From Azolla caroliniana (Eukaryota; Plantae; Polypodiophyta): 64,000 nucleotides of DNA. The DNA is taken from NCBI GenBank assembly GCA_043228905.1, contig JBHGNT010000016.1, positions 7,688,001 to 7,752,000 of the forward strand, given 5' to 3'. This document shows positions 26,691 through 38,885 of this stretch, piece after piece. Within the stretch, counting starts at the first letter, position 1, and every line of letters starts with the position of its first letter. The notes under the pieces were generated by a model. It did not search any database and was not told the DNA's origin. It saw nothing but the letters and a program-made list of their open reading frames with translations. Both the position numbers and the translations under genes were made by a program.

Positions 26691-29600
26691 TTATCCCATG
26701 GAGAAGTATTCCTTGTAGGAGACTTTAATGCGAGAATCCAATCCCGACAATGCACAATATTTCAAATGAATAGAAACCTAGAAATGGTAAATGTCGATCC
26801 TTTAGACATAGGCACCACATGTAGCTCAAAGGATCAAGGTGCGAACGCCACGAGCTTTGGCCATCATTTGCTCGAACTTGGCAGTCGGCACTAGATGATC
26901 ATATATAATGGTTTAGCCAAGTGGCCGGGCTCGGAAGAGCTCACATGTTTCCCACATGGAGGAGGGGAAAGCACGGTTGATTATCTAGTAGGACGTCCCG
27001 AGGTTACCCACATGATTAACTCCTTCTGGGTGGCCCCATGCCCTATTGGCGCGGACCATAGTTTCTTATACTTCGAGCTAAAATGCGATATCTCTAATGT
27101 CACCAATTCTAGTCAACCACGCCATCACACCACAATACATTTCCCACATGAGCTCTCTGATATATATGCTCAACATGTTCAAGCCCATCTCTCCTCCCTT
27201 GATCCCTCCCTACCTTTAGAGAGCCTTAGTACGAAACTCACACACATCCTTCACTCTGCAACAATTAACAGTTTCCCATACGTCAAACACTCCAATCAAT
27301 GTAAATTAGGATCTATGCCACAAAATAGATGGTATGATGAGGATTGTAGGTACTTACATAGACAACTTACAATATTGCAACTCAATGGTAGTATTACCTC
27401 AGTACAAGCTCGAAAGGAAATGCGCAAGATGACACGTCATAAGAGACGAGCATGGGAGGCATCCCAATATTGGGAACTCTACCATATGCTCATGAGTAGC
27501 GATTGCGCCACTACGTGGAAGAGATTATAGGAACCAAGACCATAAACACCCATCAAAGATCCTGAAACCTGGCACACTTATACAGAGAGACTTTACCAAA
27601 TCCCAAACCAACCACCCATTCCACTGCCTTCTACACCCCGACCTACTCTGGGGACACTCTTCACGACCTCTAGGGTCATGAAGGTCATAAAGAAATTACA
27701 ACATAGGAAGTCCATGGACCACACAAGATTGTGAGCAGAACACATCATATATGCGAGAGAGTGCCTAGCTCCCTTGCTAACTCTAATCTTCAATCGTGCC
27801 CTCGCTGAGGGTTTTCCACCACAATGGACCATGAACACAGTGGCCCCCATACATAAAGGGGGGGACCCCATGGTTCTCAAACACTATACTAGCTCATGGT
27901 ATGGCATGATGGTGAGTTGGCTTCTTGCGAAAGGTCTAGACATTAATAACCTCCCCCCTTTAAGTACGACCACGCGATTGATAAGACTTTAATCTCTCAT
28001 GAGGACCGTAATAAAGTAATACGCCAAGAAATATGGCAAATTTATACTCGGTATACATGGATCACCCCATTAGAGCCACTCCCATCTAAAATGTTGTACT
28101 ATAAGGAACACTTCATGCACTTCTCTAAGTTAGGTTTTATTACGCTGTCGGGGTAGTTGTGGTTCGTGCGGCGAAGTCGTGGGGACTAAGGTTAAGGGGA
28201 GTTGAAGGAACTTAAATTTTAATAAGGCTTGTATGGTGACGATAGAATGATGAAGGATAGTAAGAAGAAGAGTAACGAGTAATGTGTGTGTGTGTGAGAG
28301 AGAGAGAGACGAGCATAGATAAAAGATTGAGACAAAGTATGATTTTAGAAGAAGATTGAGACAAAGTATGATTCAAGAAGCAAGAGTATATGATATAAAC
28401 ATGATGTATATTAAAAAGACAATATTTTACCAACTTTACAATCCTTGATCGCAAACTGAACACATTGTCTATCGACCCTTGATTTGAACGCACGACCTCA
28501 ACTTCGAAACGAGAGGTTCTCCACCCAATGAGCTAGTCATCTTTACTTGATTGTATTATTTTCTCACTTTCTCTTGATTCCTTCCTTCCCTTGTTTTCCC
28601 TTTCCCCTCTTTATATAAGTGTTGCCATGCATATGGTAATGTATGGGAGCATGGCATGCATGCAATGCATGAGTTACATGTAATGCATGATCACCATTTG
28701 GCGCATATGCATTGCATGTGATGAATGATGGCTATGTATGAAAATAGATATGGGATAAGTATAATGATGAAAATGCATTCTAAAATAACTAACCTAGCTT
28801 AGTGGTGTATGCTTGGTGCTTGATATACAAGGTTGAGGGTTCAAGTCCCTCAATTTTACTTAATACAATATATAGCTTCATTCTTATATCATGAAGCACA
28901 TTTTTTACACACTTTTACCAATAAATAGCCTAGCCTAGTGGTATGTACATTGTACATCATATATAAGGATGTGGGTTCAAGTCTCTCAAATATTATTAAA
29001 TACAACATTTAAGCTCATTTTTATATAGTGAAGCACATTCTTCACGACAACGCGGCCAAGATATCTAGATGTATTCTTACCACATGCACTAAGGGTTGCC
29101 ATTGGTCAACTTAGAATATCATCTCACTGACTTGAGATTGAGAATGGACGTACTAATGGAGTCCCTAGGGAGGAAAGGATATGTAGGTTATGCCACATAG
29201 AGATAGAGGATGAGTACCATTTTACATGCAAATGTCCCACCTATGCCGAGATAAGGGCAAAATACCAAGACATACTTAGTTCCTCTCCCACCCTCCCTAA
29301 ACTATTAGATACACTAGATATAAAGAAATTAGGCAAATACATCTTAGAATTGAAACAACACAGAGAGAATAAGTTACAAAACGTTGATAATAATGTTGCT
29401 AATGTTTACCAACATGTAACAAATGAAGTTTTTCGGGAACATGGGGAGACAATGAATGTTGACACACCTGCACCACTCGGGCTTTTCCTTGATGAAGCAG
29501 AAAATCAAAGAAGAACCAAATGCCCTCGGATGTCAGGTTTCAAAGCAACCCGACGAGATGTCGAAGCAATAAAGAAAATAAGGGAACGTGAGCTACACTG

Positions 29601-29851
29601 CCTAGAAGCCATGGCGGGGGCACTCTATACACCGGGACCATGGGTCACACCCACACCAAAAACCTTTGACCTCCCACTTCTTTTTGAGAGACTTGGGTGG
29701 AAATGAAATTAGGCTTGGTGCAAAGTTTTGTACACTACTAGAACTCTTTTAGCTTAAGCTATTTTCTTTTATTTTAGTTTTGATTATTGGATAAACACTC
29801 ATTTTTGTTGTAAACCAACTATCTCATGGGCCAATTTTGGCCTTAGAAGAC
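26690..29851 (+). mobile_element. Internally deleted RTE/RTEX-like LINE (endonuclease end, RT start, C-terminal CCHC region, 3' UTR), interrupted by a solo LTR
   Basis: APE motifs GEVFLVGDFNAR, STVDYLV and ADH, followed by RWYDEDC. RT start FPPQWTMNTVAPIHKGGDP, then a jump at ~27873. After the LTR comes QLRISSH*LEIENGR...ERICRLC...EDEYHFTCKCPTY. Confidence 0.85.
28146..29049 (-). mobile_element. Solo LTR (904 bp) of the same Gypsy lineage as 36099-43090, containing tRNA-like modules
   Basis: Minus-strand termini TGTCGTGAAGAA...TACCCCGACA match the Gypsy LTR termini TGTCGTGAAGAA...TACCTCGACA. 4-bp TSD ACGC at 28142-28145 and 29050-29053. TATA (TATATAAAAGAGG) on the minus strand near 28610. 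Confidence 0.88.
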
Positions 29852-30313
29852 CATATTCTTCGCGGAACGGGGAAGCCGTACACATCGCTACATATTAGAG
29901 CCCATCCCAATATCTGCCACTCGAACCATTGCTTCCATGCGACTTAGCTCGCATGCATTGAGATGTGAGACGGGGCGTTGGGGCACAAGTGATGAGAGTG
30001 ACCGACTATGCACACTTTGCCCTAAACAAGTCCGAGAGTCTGAGTATCACACTTTGATACAATGCTCTGCCTTTGATCATATTCGGCCATGCTTTCCACA
30101 TCTCTTTGGAGCCCAATCCTTGCACGAATTTCTCTCACAACCACGATGTGCACTCTCGATTGCAACATTCATTGGCAAAGTTCTTGAGCATCGTGAGTCG
30201 CTACTCACCTTCACACGTATCACGTGACATGTAATATTTTTGGTCTCATAGGTCATATTTGACCTCCGAAGACGATAATATAATCTATCTATCTATCTAT
30301 CTATCTCTCTCTC
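29846..30313 (+). mobile_element. Second 3' fragment of the RTE/RTEX-like LINE family seen at 6132, with a (TATC)n(TC)n tail
   Basis: ORF 29937-30227 is almost identical to 6192-6530. Both copies share the 3' UTR ...GACCTCCGAAGACGATAATATAATCTATC. Confidence 0.88.
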
Positions 30314-30959
30314 ATGTAAGTGTTGTTAGTCACTTACATATTCAACTATTTAGCTATGAGTAGCCAAATAGTTGTTCATAGCTATTTTGCTTACATTGCC
30401 TAACATCATTATATAGTAGCTAATTCACCTAATAGCTACTATGAAATATCACAATTACCGATGATTAAAACATTTTCTTTTGTTGAGCTTGTTTCTCAAG
30501 AATGTCTACATAGTTTGAACCTTTGCACTTTTTCTTGCAAGGTAATCACCATGAAGCATTGATTTGCTCTTCTTTTTCTTAAAGTAGACCATAATCTTCC
30601 CTTATATCTTCAATGAAGATAAGACTTGAACCTTTTGCCCCCTTTTGGAAGATGAGCAACACAACTGTCAACTTACTTCTTTTGTTCATAAGACAAGCAA
30701 GCAAATGAATTTATTCTCCCCATTTGTCTTTCTTCTCTCTTTAAACAAAAAGGTGAAGACATTAGGACAGTAATGAAGGAGAATGTTAAACTATTGTTAT
30801 TATTGAGAATGAGGGTCTTAAACAGATGGTTGTAAAACTTGAAGATGAGACCCAAGAATGTAAGAAAGCTTCATTAGACAAATGAGCACCTAAATAATAT
30901 CAAATAAAAAGAAGCATCAAAAGAGGAAATGGACATAATGAGGCGGGATGGGATGTAAA

Positions 30960-32870
30960 TGAGATGAAAAAAGTATGCACGACAAAGTCATGGGCCGATG
31001 TATGTGGTGGGGATGTGGTATTTAACTCATCTGTTATGCATGTGATGAATCAAGAGAAGAATGTAGAAAGCATAAATGACCAAGATTTGAAAGAATATGA
31101 ACGAGAATCAAAGAACATTGTCATCCGTGGGATGAAAGAGCAGAGTATGGAAATACTTGCATCCCTCGGAAGGTCACCGGTGAACTCTTTAGTACGCATT
31201 ATGGTATGTCGGATGTGAATGTATATGGGGCACGTCGAGTTGGGAAATATGATGTTGCTAATTTGGGAGAAAGGCCTATTGTATGCACAATGATGGATGA
31301 TAAAAAGTGAAGGATCTACTTGAAAATAGTTGGATGTACATCAAATGTACACAATGTTTTGTTAGTGAAGATCGTACTATCCCAAAACAAAATGTCTATC
31401 ATAAAGCATATGAAGAAAAATTCAGAAATAAGGTTAAGGATGTGCATAAGACAGAAAGTTAGGCAAATAGGGACACGCGACATGTGGGACTAATTCTCAT
31501 ATTCTATGACTATACTTTTGGAATTACGAGATTTGGCATAGAGGAGTTGACCAATGACCTAGATATCGTACTTCTTGTTGAAACATGCAAGCATGATACT
31601 CAAAGGGTTCAAGGTTTAAGAAACTATAATATACACTCAATGTATATGGGCCACATTGATTGAAGATCATACTATCTCACAACAAAATGCCCATCATAAA
31701 GGATACGAAGAAAAATTGAAAAGATAAGGTTAAGGGTGTGCCTAAAGATGGAAATGTAGGTAAATAGCGACATGTGATGTGACCTATAGGACTAATCCAC
31801 ATCTTCTATGACTATGCTTTAGAATTGCAATGGGTGCCCATGGAACGCAGGATTTGACATTGAGGAGTTGACCAATGACTCAAATATCACACTTATTGTT
31901 GAAACATGGGATGTTAAGGGCATGACCATATAATATCCCGTGGTGAGAATTTACCGTAGTATTCTATACACGTGGATAAGTGTGAGGGTTAAAACGAGAG
32001 TGTAAAGAAGGGGAGGATAGTCCTCGAGATTGAGACAACCCATTAGGCCAAGTGTGAACTTGCCTGGGGGCCTTGGGTCTCGCTATAAATATGAGGCCTA
32101 GCTACCCTCATTTCATCATCTCTTGACTACTTCGAGACTCTATTTCGTGGTGGGTCAACTCTTGTAGCGAGCGCGCCAACACTAGGTACGACTCCACGCC
32201 ACCGTGGTGGTATGGGACACCGATCGAGGCTCGAGTCCATCTCGATCCCTTCGCTCGGGTGATGTCGGTGGATCAACACCCTTCTTTCTCTCTCTCCTTT
32301 CTTGTTTCATATATCTTATATCCTTATCATATGGTTACATTAGATCATCACTCTAACATGGGAGCATGATACTCAAAGAATTGAAGGTTTAGGAAACTAT
32401 AATGTACACTCTTTGATATGGGCAAAAATTCCATGACAACAAAGAGGACAAGGAGGGGTGGCATGTTTGATTAAGAAGGAAATAAGAAATATGTGTCAAT
32501 CATAAAAAATGATGAACATAAATGCTACATATGGATCAAAATATAAATACCTAATGATTTGCCCACTTGCTACATTCCTTATCAAGATGCTAAGTTTTAC
32601 ACTTCTTTGGATAAAGACCAACCTTTTGTCAATCTAGAAGAGGATATTGCTTATTTCAAATCCAATGGGGAAGTTCTTGTCTTTGGTGACATGAATGCTA
32701 GTACAAGAAGTTTTTAACTTGATGCACAACAATATTTCATACCGCATATCTCAAGGATGCAAGAGGATATATAAATATATAGTCTCTCTTTTATTAATGA
32801 AAAAGATTTGAACCAATTTGGGATGTTACTCCTGCAAATATGTAATAGTAACATAATGTTTACTACAAAT
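30960..32870 (+). mobile_element. Highly degraded LINE 5' part (ORF1 and APE endonuclease) with an internal duplication
   Basis: ORF1-like KNIVIRGMKE and endonuclease motifs DIVLLVET, GQGGVACLIKK and GEVLVFGDMNA. ~31370-31650 is repeated at ~31670-31910 and continues at 32360. Confidence 0.7.
31912..32358 (+). mobile_element. Solo LTR (447 bp)
   Basis: TGTTA...TAACA termini, 5-bp TSD TGGGA at 31907-31911 and 32359-32363, internal CTATAAATA. It splits the LINE motif ETW|EHD. Confidence 0.9.
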
Positions 32871-34171
32871 GGTTGTTACCGATAGGAGTGCAAATAGCAA
32901 CGACAAATCGAGGATATGTCAGAGAAGGATGAAAGTTTGACCTCTACGAGGGTTTTCTGTGTTGATAAGCTTTCCGCTTCGTCAGAAAGAAAATTACAAG
33001 AAAACGTGGGGATGGGTGGGTTGTTGGATTCCGGGTCGCTAGAAAGAAAACGCATGAAGGTTTGGATTTTAGCACTGGACTAGATTCCGGTTGTTCTCCC
33101 CGGACTTTTGCTTAGGGAGCAAGAAACATTTTACTAATGGAGCTTTCGATATTGCTCCTTGTAAAGATTGTAGAAAGGTTCTCATGCTATCGGTGGTTGT
33201 ATTGGTGAAGATTCTTACAACGATTGGAAGGGTATGAATATTTGGTGGAGTTTGACTTGAGGAATCTTCAATACCTAAAATTGAGGAACCTAGAGAATGT
33301 TCAAAACAAGTTTGAAAGTGGACGAGAAAAGAAGTCTAGAAGAAGCATATGGGAGCCTCGTGATAATGAAGAAGGCCACCAAGATGCACGAAGAATCATC
33401 TAGCCAGGCAGGAGGCAAGAAAAGATCCGGATGAGATTGAGCTCCTCAAGAGCCTAATCCCATCATAGATAGGCCAAGTTCAATTACCTGATTTTTGTAA
33501 AGATCTCATCAGGGGGGAGGGGAGCTCATCTTGATCCTGAGGTTCAGGCTATGAATTTGAGGCTTTTACATACATAAACCAACAGGATGCTTCAAACTAG
33601 AAAAGTTCTTGAGTTATATAACCCTCTTGTTTTTCTTTGTTCCCCTATGTTTCTCTCTCAGAAGATGAACACCAAACTGAATTTTCCAAGCCCAACTCAT
33701 CTATCGATCTGTAAAACAGAACTCCGCCACTGAAAGCCTCTGCAAATTTCTTGAAAAACCATAAGATCAATTAGACTTCAGGAATGAAAGATTCATGGTC
33801 CTCTAGAATGGACCAATAAGAGGTGATGGGACAAGAATAAGAGCTTGCAAGGGAGTGAAAGATGAAGTTGAGAGAAGAAAAAGACAAGCAATAGTAGAAG
33901 CAGAGAGGTATAAGGAGAAGGAGAAGATGAAGCCGACTACCGCCAACACGATGGCGCCTCATGCTCGGCCACCGGACAGAACCAACCACCAGATGACGAC
34001 AGAGACTACAGCTGGAAGAGAAGAAGTAGAGGAAAGAAGAAACAAAGTCATACAAGAAGAAGGAGGAAACAGAAGATGAGAGACAGAGAGAAGAGATAGG
34101 GGCAAGGCCTGAATTTGACGGGTTAGTTTTTGAGTTTTTTGACAAGCATTTTTTAAAGATGTAGCAATGGG

Positions 34172-34330
34172 CCCGGTTTCGGCTTAAACCGAACCGAACC
34201 GTTAAACCATGGTTTAAAGGTTTATAAGTTCCAAAATAATTAAATGGTTTGGTTTGGTTTTAATTAATAATAAACGGTTCGGTTTCAGTTCGGTTTGGTT
34301 TTGAAACTAGGGTTTATAGGTTTATAGGTT
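34172..34330. repeat. AACCG/CGGTT-rich subterminal repeat block, probable DNA transposon (hAT/MITE) end
   Basis: AAACCGAACCGAACCG, followed by the inverse GGTTCGGTTTCAGTTCGGTTTGG. No partner TIR or TSD was found. Confidence 0.45.
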
Positions 34331-36098
34331 TTTGGGCTATCTTTTTTTATCCATTAAATGTTTATGTAATTTAATGGTTTAATTAATGTTTTTCATTGGT
34401 TTGATTCACTTAACTTAATTGTTTATTTAATCTAATGGCTCAAGAAGGGAGGATGTTCATCTTTCAAACGAACGAAGTCGGAACCACGATGTTTGCATAA
34501 GGGCAAAAGGTCGAGTCGGACATCGACCTATGGCACAAGCGATTTGGCCATGTCAACTTTCCATGGCTTCGAGAAATACAGACAAAGAATATCGTTTTCG
34601 GGTTGCCGAAATTCAATGGTCGAAACGGCCAAGTCTATGAAGCCTACCAGCTAGGGAAGCAACATCAACTTCCATTCCCCAATGAGCGAAATCGAAGCCG
34701 CAACCGGCGCGATTTCATCCACTCGGATGTCTGGGGTCCCGCACAGAATGTGAGCATCGGAGGAAATCGTTACTTTGTAACCTTCATCGATGACTACACT
34801 CAGCACACTTGGGCGTGCTTGATCACGAAGAAGAGCAAAGTCTTCACCTACTTCCTGAAGGTGAAAAGCCTTGGCGAACAGGAAACCGACAAAAAGATCA
34901 AGTGGTTGAGGTCTGATGGCGGAAAATAGTACTTTTCCAACCAGTTCTCGAGTTATCTACAGAAGGAAGTCAAATATAATGTTGACGGCTCTGTCAACCA
35001 GTACAAGGCCCAGTTAGTGGCGAAAGGCTATGCACAGCAACACGGCATCGACTACGATGAGACGTTTGCACCGGTCACGAATATGACGACCAACCGTGTC
35101 TTGCTAGCGGTGGCTACGGCAAAGGGGTGGCACTTACATCAAATGGATGTAAAGAATGCATTCCTGCAAGGTGAGCTTGAGGAACATGTGTACATGGTAC
35201 AGCCCCCGGAATGAACACGTCGGTTGTTTGCCGACTAAAGAAGTCCCTCTACAGACTAAAGCAAGCCCTACGTGCCTGGAACACGAAGATCACGCAACGA
35301 CTGCGTCAGATGCAGTTTTCCATGTCGAGGTCAGACTCCTTACTTTTCATTCGGCAAGGTCGGAATGGGCCAGTTAGTATTTTACTTTATGTTGATGATT
35401 TAGTCATCATCGGTGCCGACCAAGAAGAAATCGGTCGCGTCAAGTCCCAGCTAACGACATCATTCAACATGAAGGATCTAGGGGACCTTTATGTGTTGAC
35501 TATGCTCTTCAGGTTCGGTATGACGGAGTGCAAGTTTGTCTCAACTCCTCTAGATAGGAATATGAAGCTTCGCCCTGACTCCAGAACGGCATGCGACCCG
35601 AAAAGGTTTCGACAAATAGTCAGAAGCCTTATATACTTGACCATCACCCGGTCAAACCTCAGCTATCCAGTCTGCTTGATTAGTCAATTCATGGTGCATC
35701 TGATCGTGGAGCACCTTCAGTACGCGCAACAAATACTCGGGTATGCTAGTGGCACTAAGGACAGGGGATTGTTGTATTGGACCGGTACTGTCGAACAATT
35801 GGTCGACTACACGGATGTTGATTGGGCCGGAAACATCGGGGATCGCATGTCTACATCGGGCTTTGTGTTTTCATTAGGAAACGTCGTGATCGCCTGGAGC
35901 AGCAAGAAGCAATCGACAATTGCACTGTCGAGCATGGAGGCCGAGTATCAAGGAGCCACTATCACGACATGCAAATCCATATGGCTAAAAAGGCTATTCA
36001 AGGATCTGCAGGTGGAGGTTTACGATCCGACAACAATCTACTGAGAAAACCTCAATAGCATCTAATTATTAGCAAAGAACCCTGTCTTCCATGCCCGG

Positions 36099-36736
36099 TG
36101 TCGTGAAGAAAACCGTCCACAAGCGGAATCGGTGCACCGGAGCGTAGGAACCGGCTCTTCATGCACGTGCGTCTTATGTAATACAAAAGAGGGAATTAGG
36201 TACATAGAAGATCCTCGGTAGGTAGGAAGTTAATGGGAAACGACTCCTTCCTTGCCTATAAAAGGAGGGAGACGAGGAGGGAAGAGGGGATCGCGGAGAG
36301 TCGAGGATGAAGTGCTATCGGTTTGTGGGCGAAGGCTTCTCTCTCTCTCTGGCTCACAAACTCCGTAGCTTCTTGCTGTGCAGGTTTCGGGAGGCTCACG
36401 CTGCTCTGAGGAATGCCCGAGTGCTTCCGGTAGCACCTCCAACCTACTCTTTCCTTTCTGTGCGTTTACGAACAGGCATCGGCATCTGTTCGCCGGCCTG
36501 TTCGGTTGTAACCGACTTCGTGTTTTGTTGTTTGTCTCTGTTAATATACACTTACATACCGTTGTGCCCCTCTATGTTGGTTTCCACACTCGCGTCTTCG
36601 TGTCGAAGGGTCATGTCCCTGTGGATCTACGCTTGCACGTAGTGGGCCCCTTCCCTTCTCCTTTCCCTATTGCTCTTCGGTACAAGACCCCCGAGGTCCC
36701 GCCTCATTCCACGCATCCGCGAGGAATACCTCGACA
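36099..36736 (+). repeat. Gypsy 5' LTR
   Basis: TGTCG...CGACA termini and TATA box CCTATAAAAGG at ~36255. Direct repeat of 42453-43090. Confidence 0.97.
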
Positions 36737-36739
36737 TCT

Positions 36740-36757
36740 TGGTGAACCCGACGTGAA
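36740..36757 (+). promoter_or_regulatory. Primer binding site complementary to tRNA-Trp
   Basis: TGGTGAACCCGACGTGAA is the reverse complement of the plant cytosolic tRNA-Trp 3' end (...TTCACGTCGGGTTCA-CCA, recalled from memory). It lies 3 nt after the LTR. Confidence 0.85.
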
Positions 36758-36779
36758 GGAGGCGGCAGAAGAGCAGAAG

Positions 36780-38885
36780 ATGAGGGGGTCGGATCTTGCA
36801 GAGGCCATGCCATGGCTTCGGCCGTGGATCGGATATTGAGCACACGCGAGGGCACCGGCGCCCTCGACAGAGCCATTGAGGCGGTTGTCGGTACGATCGG
36901 CCGGTTCAGCAGAAAGGATGCTACGAAGTATTTGGCGTCCTACGGGGCAGAAATGCTGATGCGGGACATTCCGGAAGAGAGGCGTCTTGCCGGGTTCCCT
37001 CGAATGGCAATGCCGAGCATCCATGCGGAGGTGCTCGAGGTACGGGCGGAGAGCCGTACCTGGGAGGAGTTCGAAGGCCGACTCCTAGAGAAATACGGGC
37101 TGGACGACGCGCTCCGGCTTTCGAAACGGGACTTCATGGAATGGGTGGAGTCCCCCGGCAAGGGAAGAAACGCGTCGGCACTCCTCCGGGAGTTTGAGGA
37201 ACGCTTTGCGCGCCTTTCGGCGCTTGACCGAACCGTTCTAGATACGAGCCGGGTCCTATTGTTCGTCAAGTCGGTGGACGAGTGGGACCGGGATCAAGTC
37301 GGCTCTTTGCTAGAAACCGAAGACGGGCTGACGACCAACTGGACTGCGGTTAAGAGAGTCTGTGGCCGTTTCGACAAACGGCGAGAATGGGCTGACAACG
37401 GGGCGACCGGAGCGGGCTCTGTCACAGCAAGGAGGCTTGAACCGGCACCACAAGGGCAAAGGGCAGAGACCCGGGAGTGGCTCGAAACCGGTTCGGCTTC
37501 GACCAGCATGGTCAATGACTCGTCCGAAGGAGCAGCGCTGGAGGAGTTGACGCGGGTGATAAAGGATCTCCAGATCGCCCAGACTCGAAGGGAAGGCGGC
37601 GAACCGGCTCGTGACCGACGGCCGGTAGCAGGGAATAGGTGCATGTGGTGCGACGAGGTCGGCCACATCCGGAAGGACTGCGGCGATTGAGGAACCGGGT
37701 GGTGTACCTGTGGGAAGGCCGGGTGCATGCTGGCGACACCAGAAGCGCCCTAAACCGAAACGACGGGCGAGGAGGAATGAAGAGACTGATGGAAGAGGCA
37801 GCGGCCCGACACGTGGAGGCCATCCACTACTCGGCGTCGGCCGGCATTCGGGTCGGGGGCAGCGAGGCCCGAAAGGAGAGCAAAGACGGATTCTGGTCGG
37901 CAATGCTAGAAGGCCTCGCCGGCGCACGGTTGAGGAAAGAAGAAGCGGACCGCGCCGAGAGACGGGTCCGGGAAGTAACCGGGTGGAGCGACCCGGTCGA
38001 AGAGAAGACAGGCTTCGTAGAAGCCGCCTGCCGGAACTACGAGGCTCTGGTAAAAGACAAACGAGTGGGGAAAGCCAAGCGACCGGGCCCTCACAACGGT
38101 ACGAGACCCGATTCGGGCAACGACGGAACGATGCCGGTGGGTCCAGCTCGCAAGATAACCCCAGGAAGGGCAGATACCGACTGGGGACGGAAATAGAAAG
38201 GACTACGGACCTACGAAAGGTCCTAGAAGAACGGATCCTCGACAGCAAAGTGGAGTTGTCATTGCGAGAGGTGCTAGGGATCGCCAAGAAGGAGTTCCAC
38301 GACTCCATTGTGGACCTAGTGAAACGGAAGAGGCTGTCGACGGAGACGGAACCGGAAAGACCGTTGGAGGTGCGGACGACGCACATCGACGACATGGCGC
38401 TGGAAGATGAGTGGGCGGAGAGCCACTATTCAAGGCCGCACTGGGCCCGAGCGACCACGGAGACCCCGGTAAAGATCGGAGATGTTCAGGAACCGGTGGT
38501 GGCATTGGTGGACCACGGTTCGGAAATAAACCTGATGTCCGTGGACTTCTATAAGAAGGGAAAATGGCCGATCAACACCAAGCACGGGTGGAAGATACGG
38601 GCGGCGACGCGCGCCACCGAGGAACTGCATGGGGCCTGCCCAAACGTGCGAGTCAAGATCGGCGATGTCGAGATTGACTAGCACTTCTTCGTACACGAGA
38701 CGTCCTCGCACCCGGTCATATTAGGGGAACCATACATCACGGCGGCGCGAATGGAGACCAAGGTGCTGGACAACGCGAGGGTCAAAAGCCAGGACGGGCG
38801 CCACTCGGTCCAATTTCTGACGGTGCGGCCGAACCACGAGCGAAACCGCGAATCCCTCGGTGGCGAGAACCGGGAGGATTTTTAG
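36780..38885 (+). pseudogene. Gypsy gag-protease ORF, disrupted by frameshifts and one stop
   Basis: Gag with zinc knuckle CMWCDEVGHIRKDC (~37640-37682) and aspartic protease ALVDHGSEINLM ... VILGEPY. The frame ends ENREDF* at 38883-38885. Confidence 0.85.

Noticed and set aside
32874-34145. Possible endogenous virus or separate gene (ORFs 33771-34145 and 33855-34079)
   Set aside because: Low-complexity and no identifiable motif. Probably TE debris, but no call can be supported.
36230-36876. ORFs in both Gypsy LTRs (also 42584-43283)
   Set aside because: They are duplicated only because the LTR is duplicated, and they show no domain features.
37310-38395. Long antisense ORFs inside the Gypsy element (e.g. 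361 aa) and other overlapping ORFs
   Set aside because: These are expected shadows of GC-rich coding sequence and carry no recognisable motifs.
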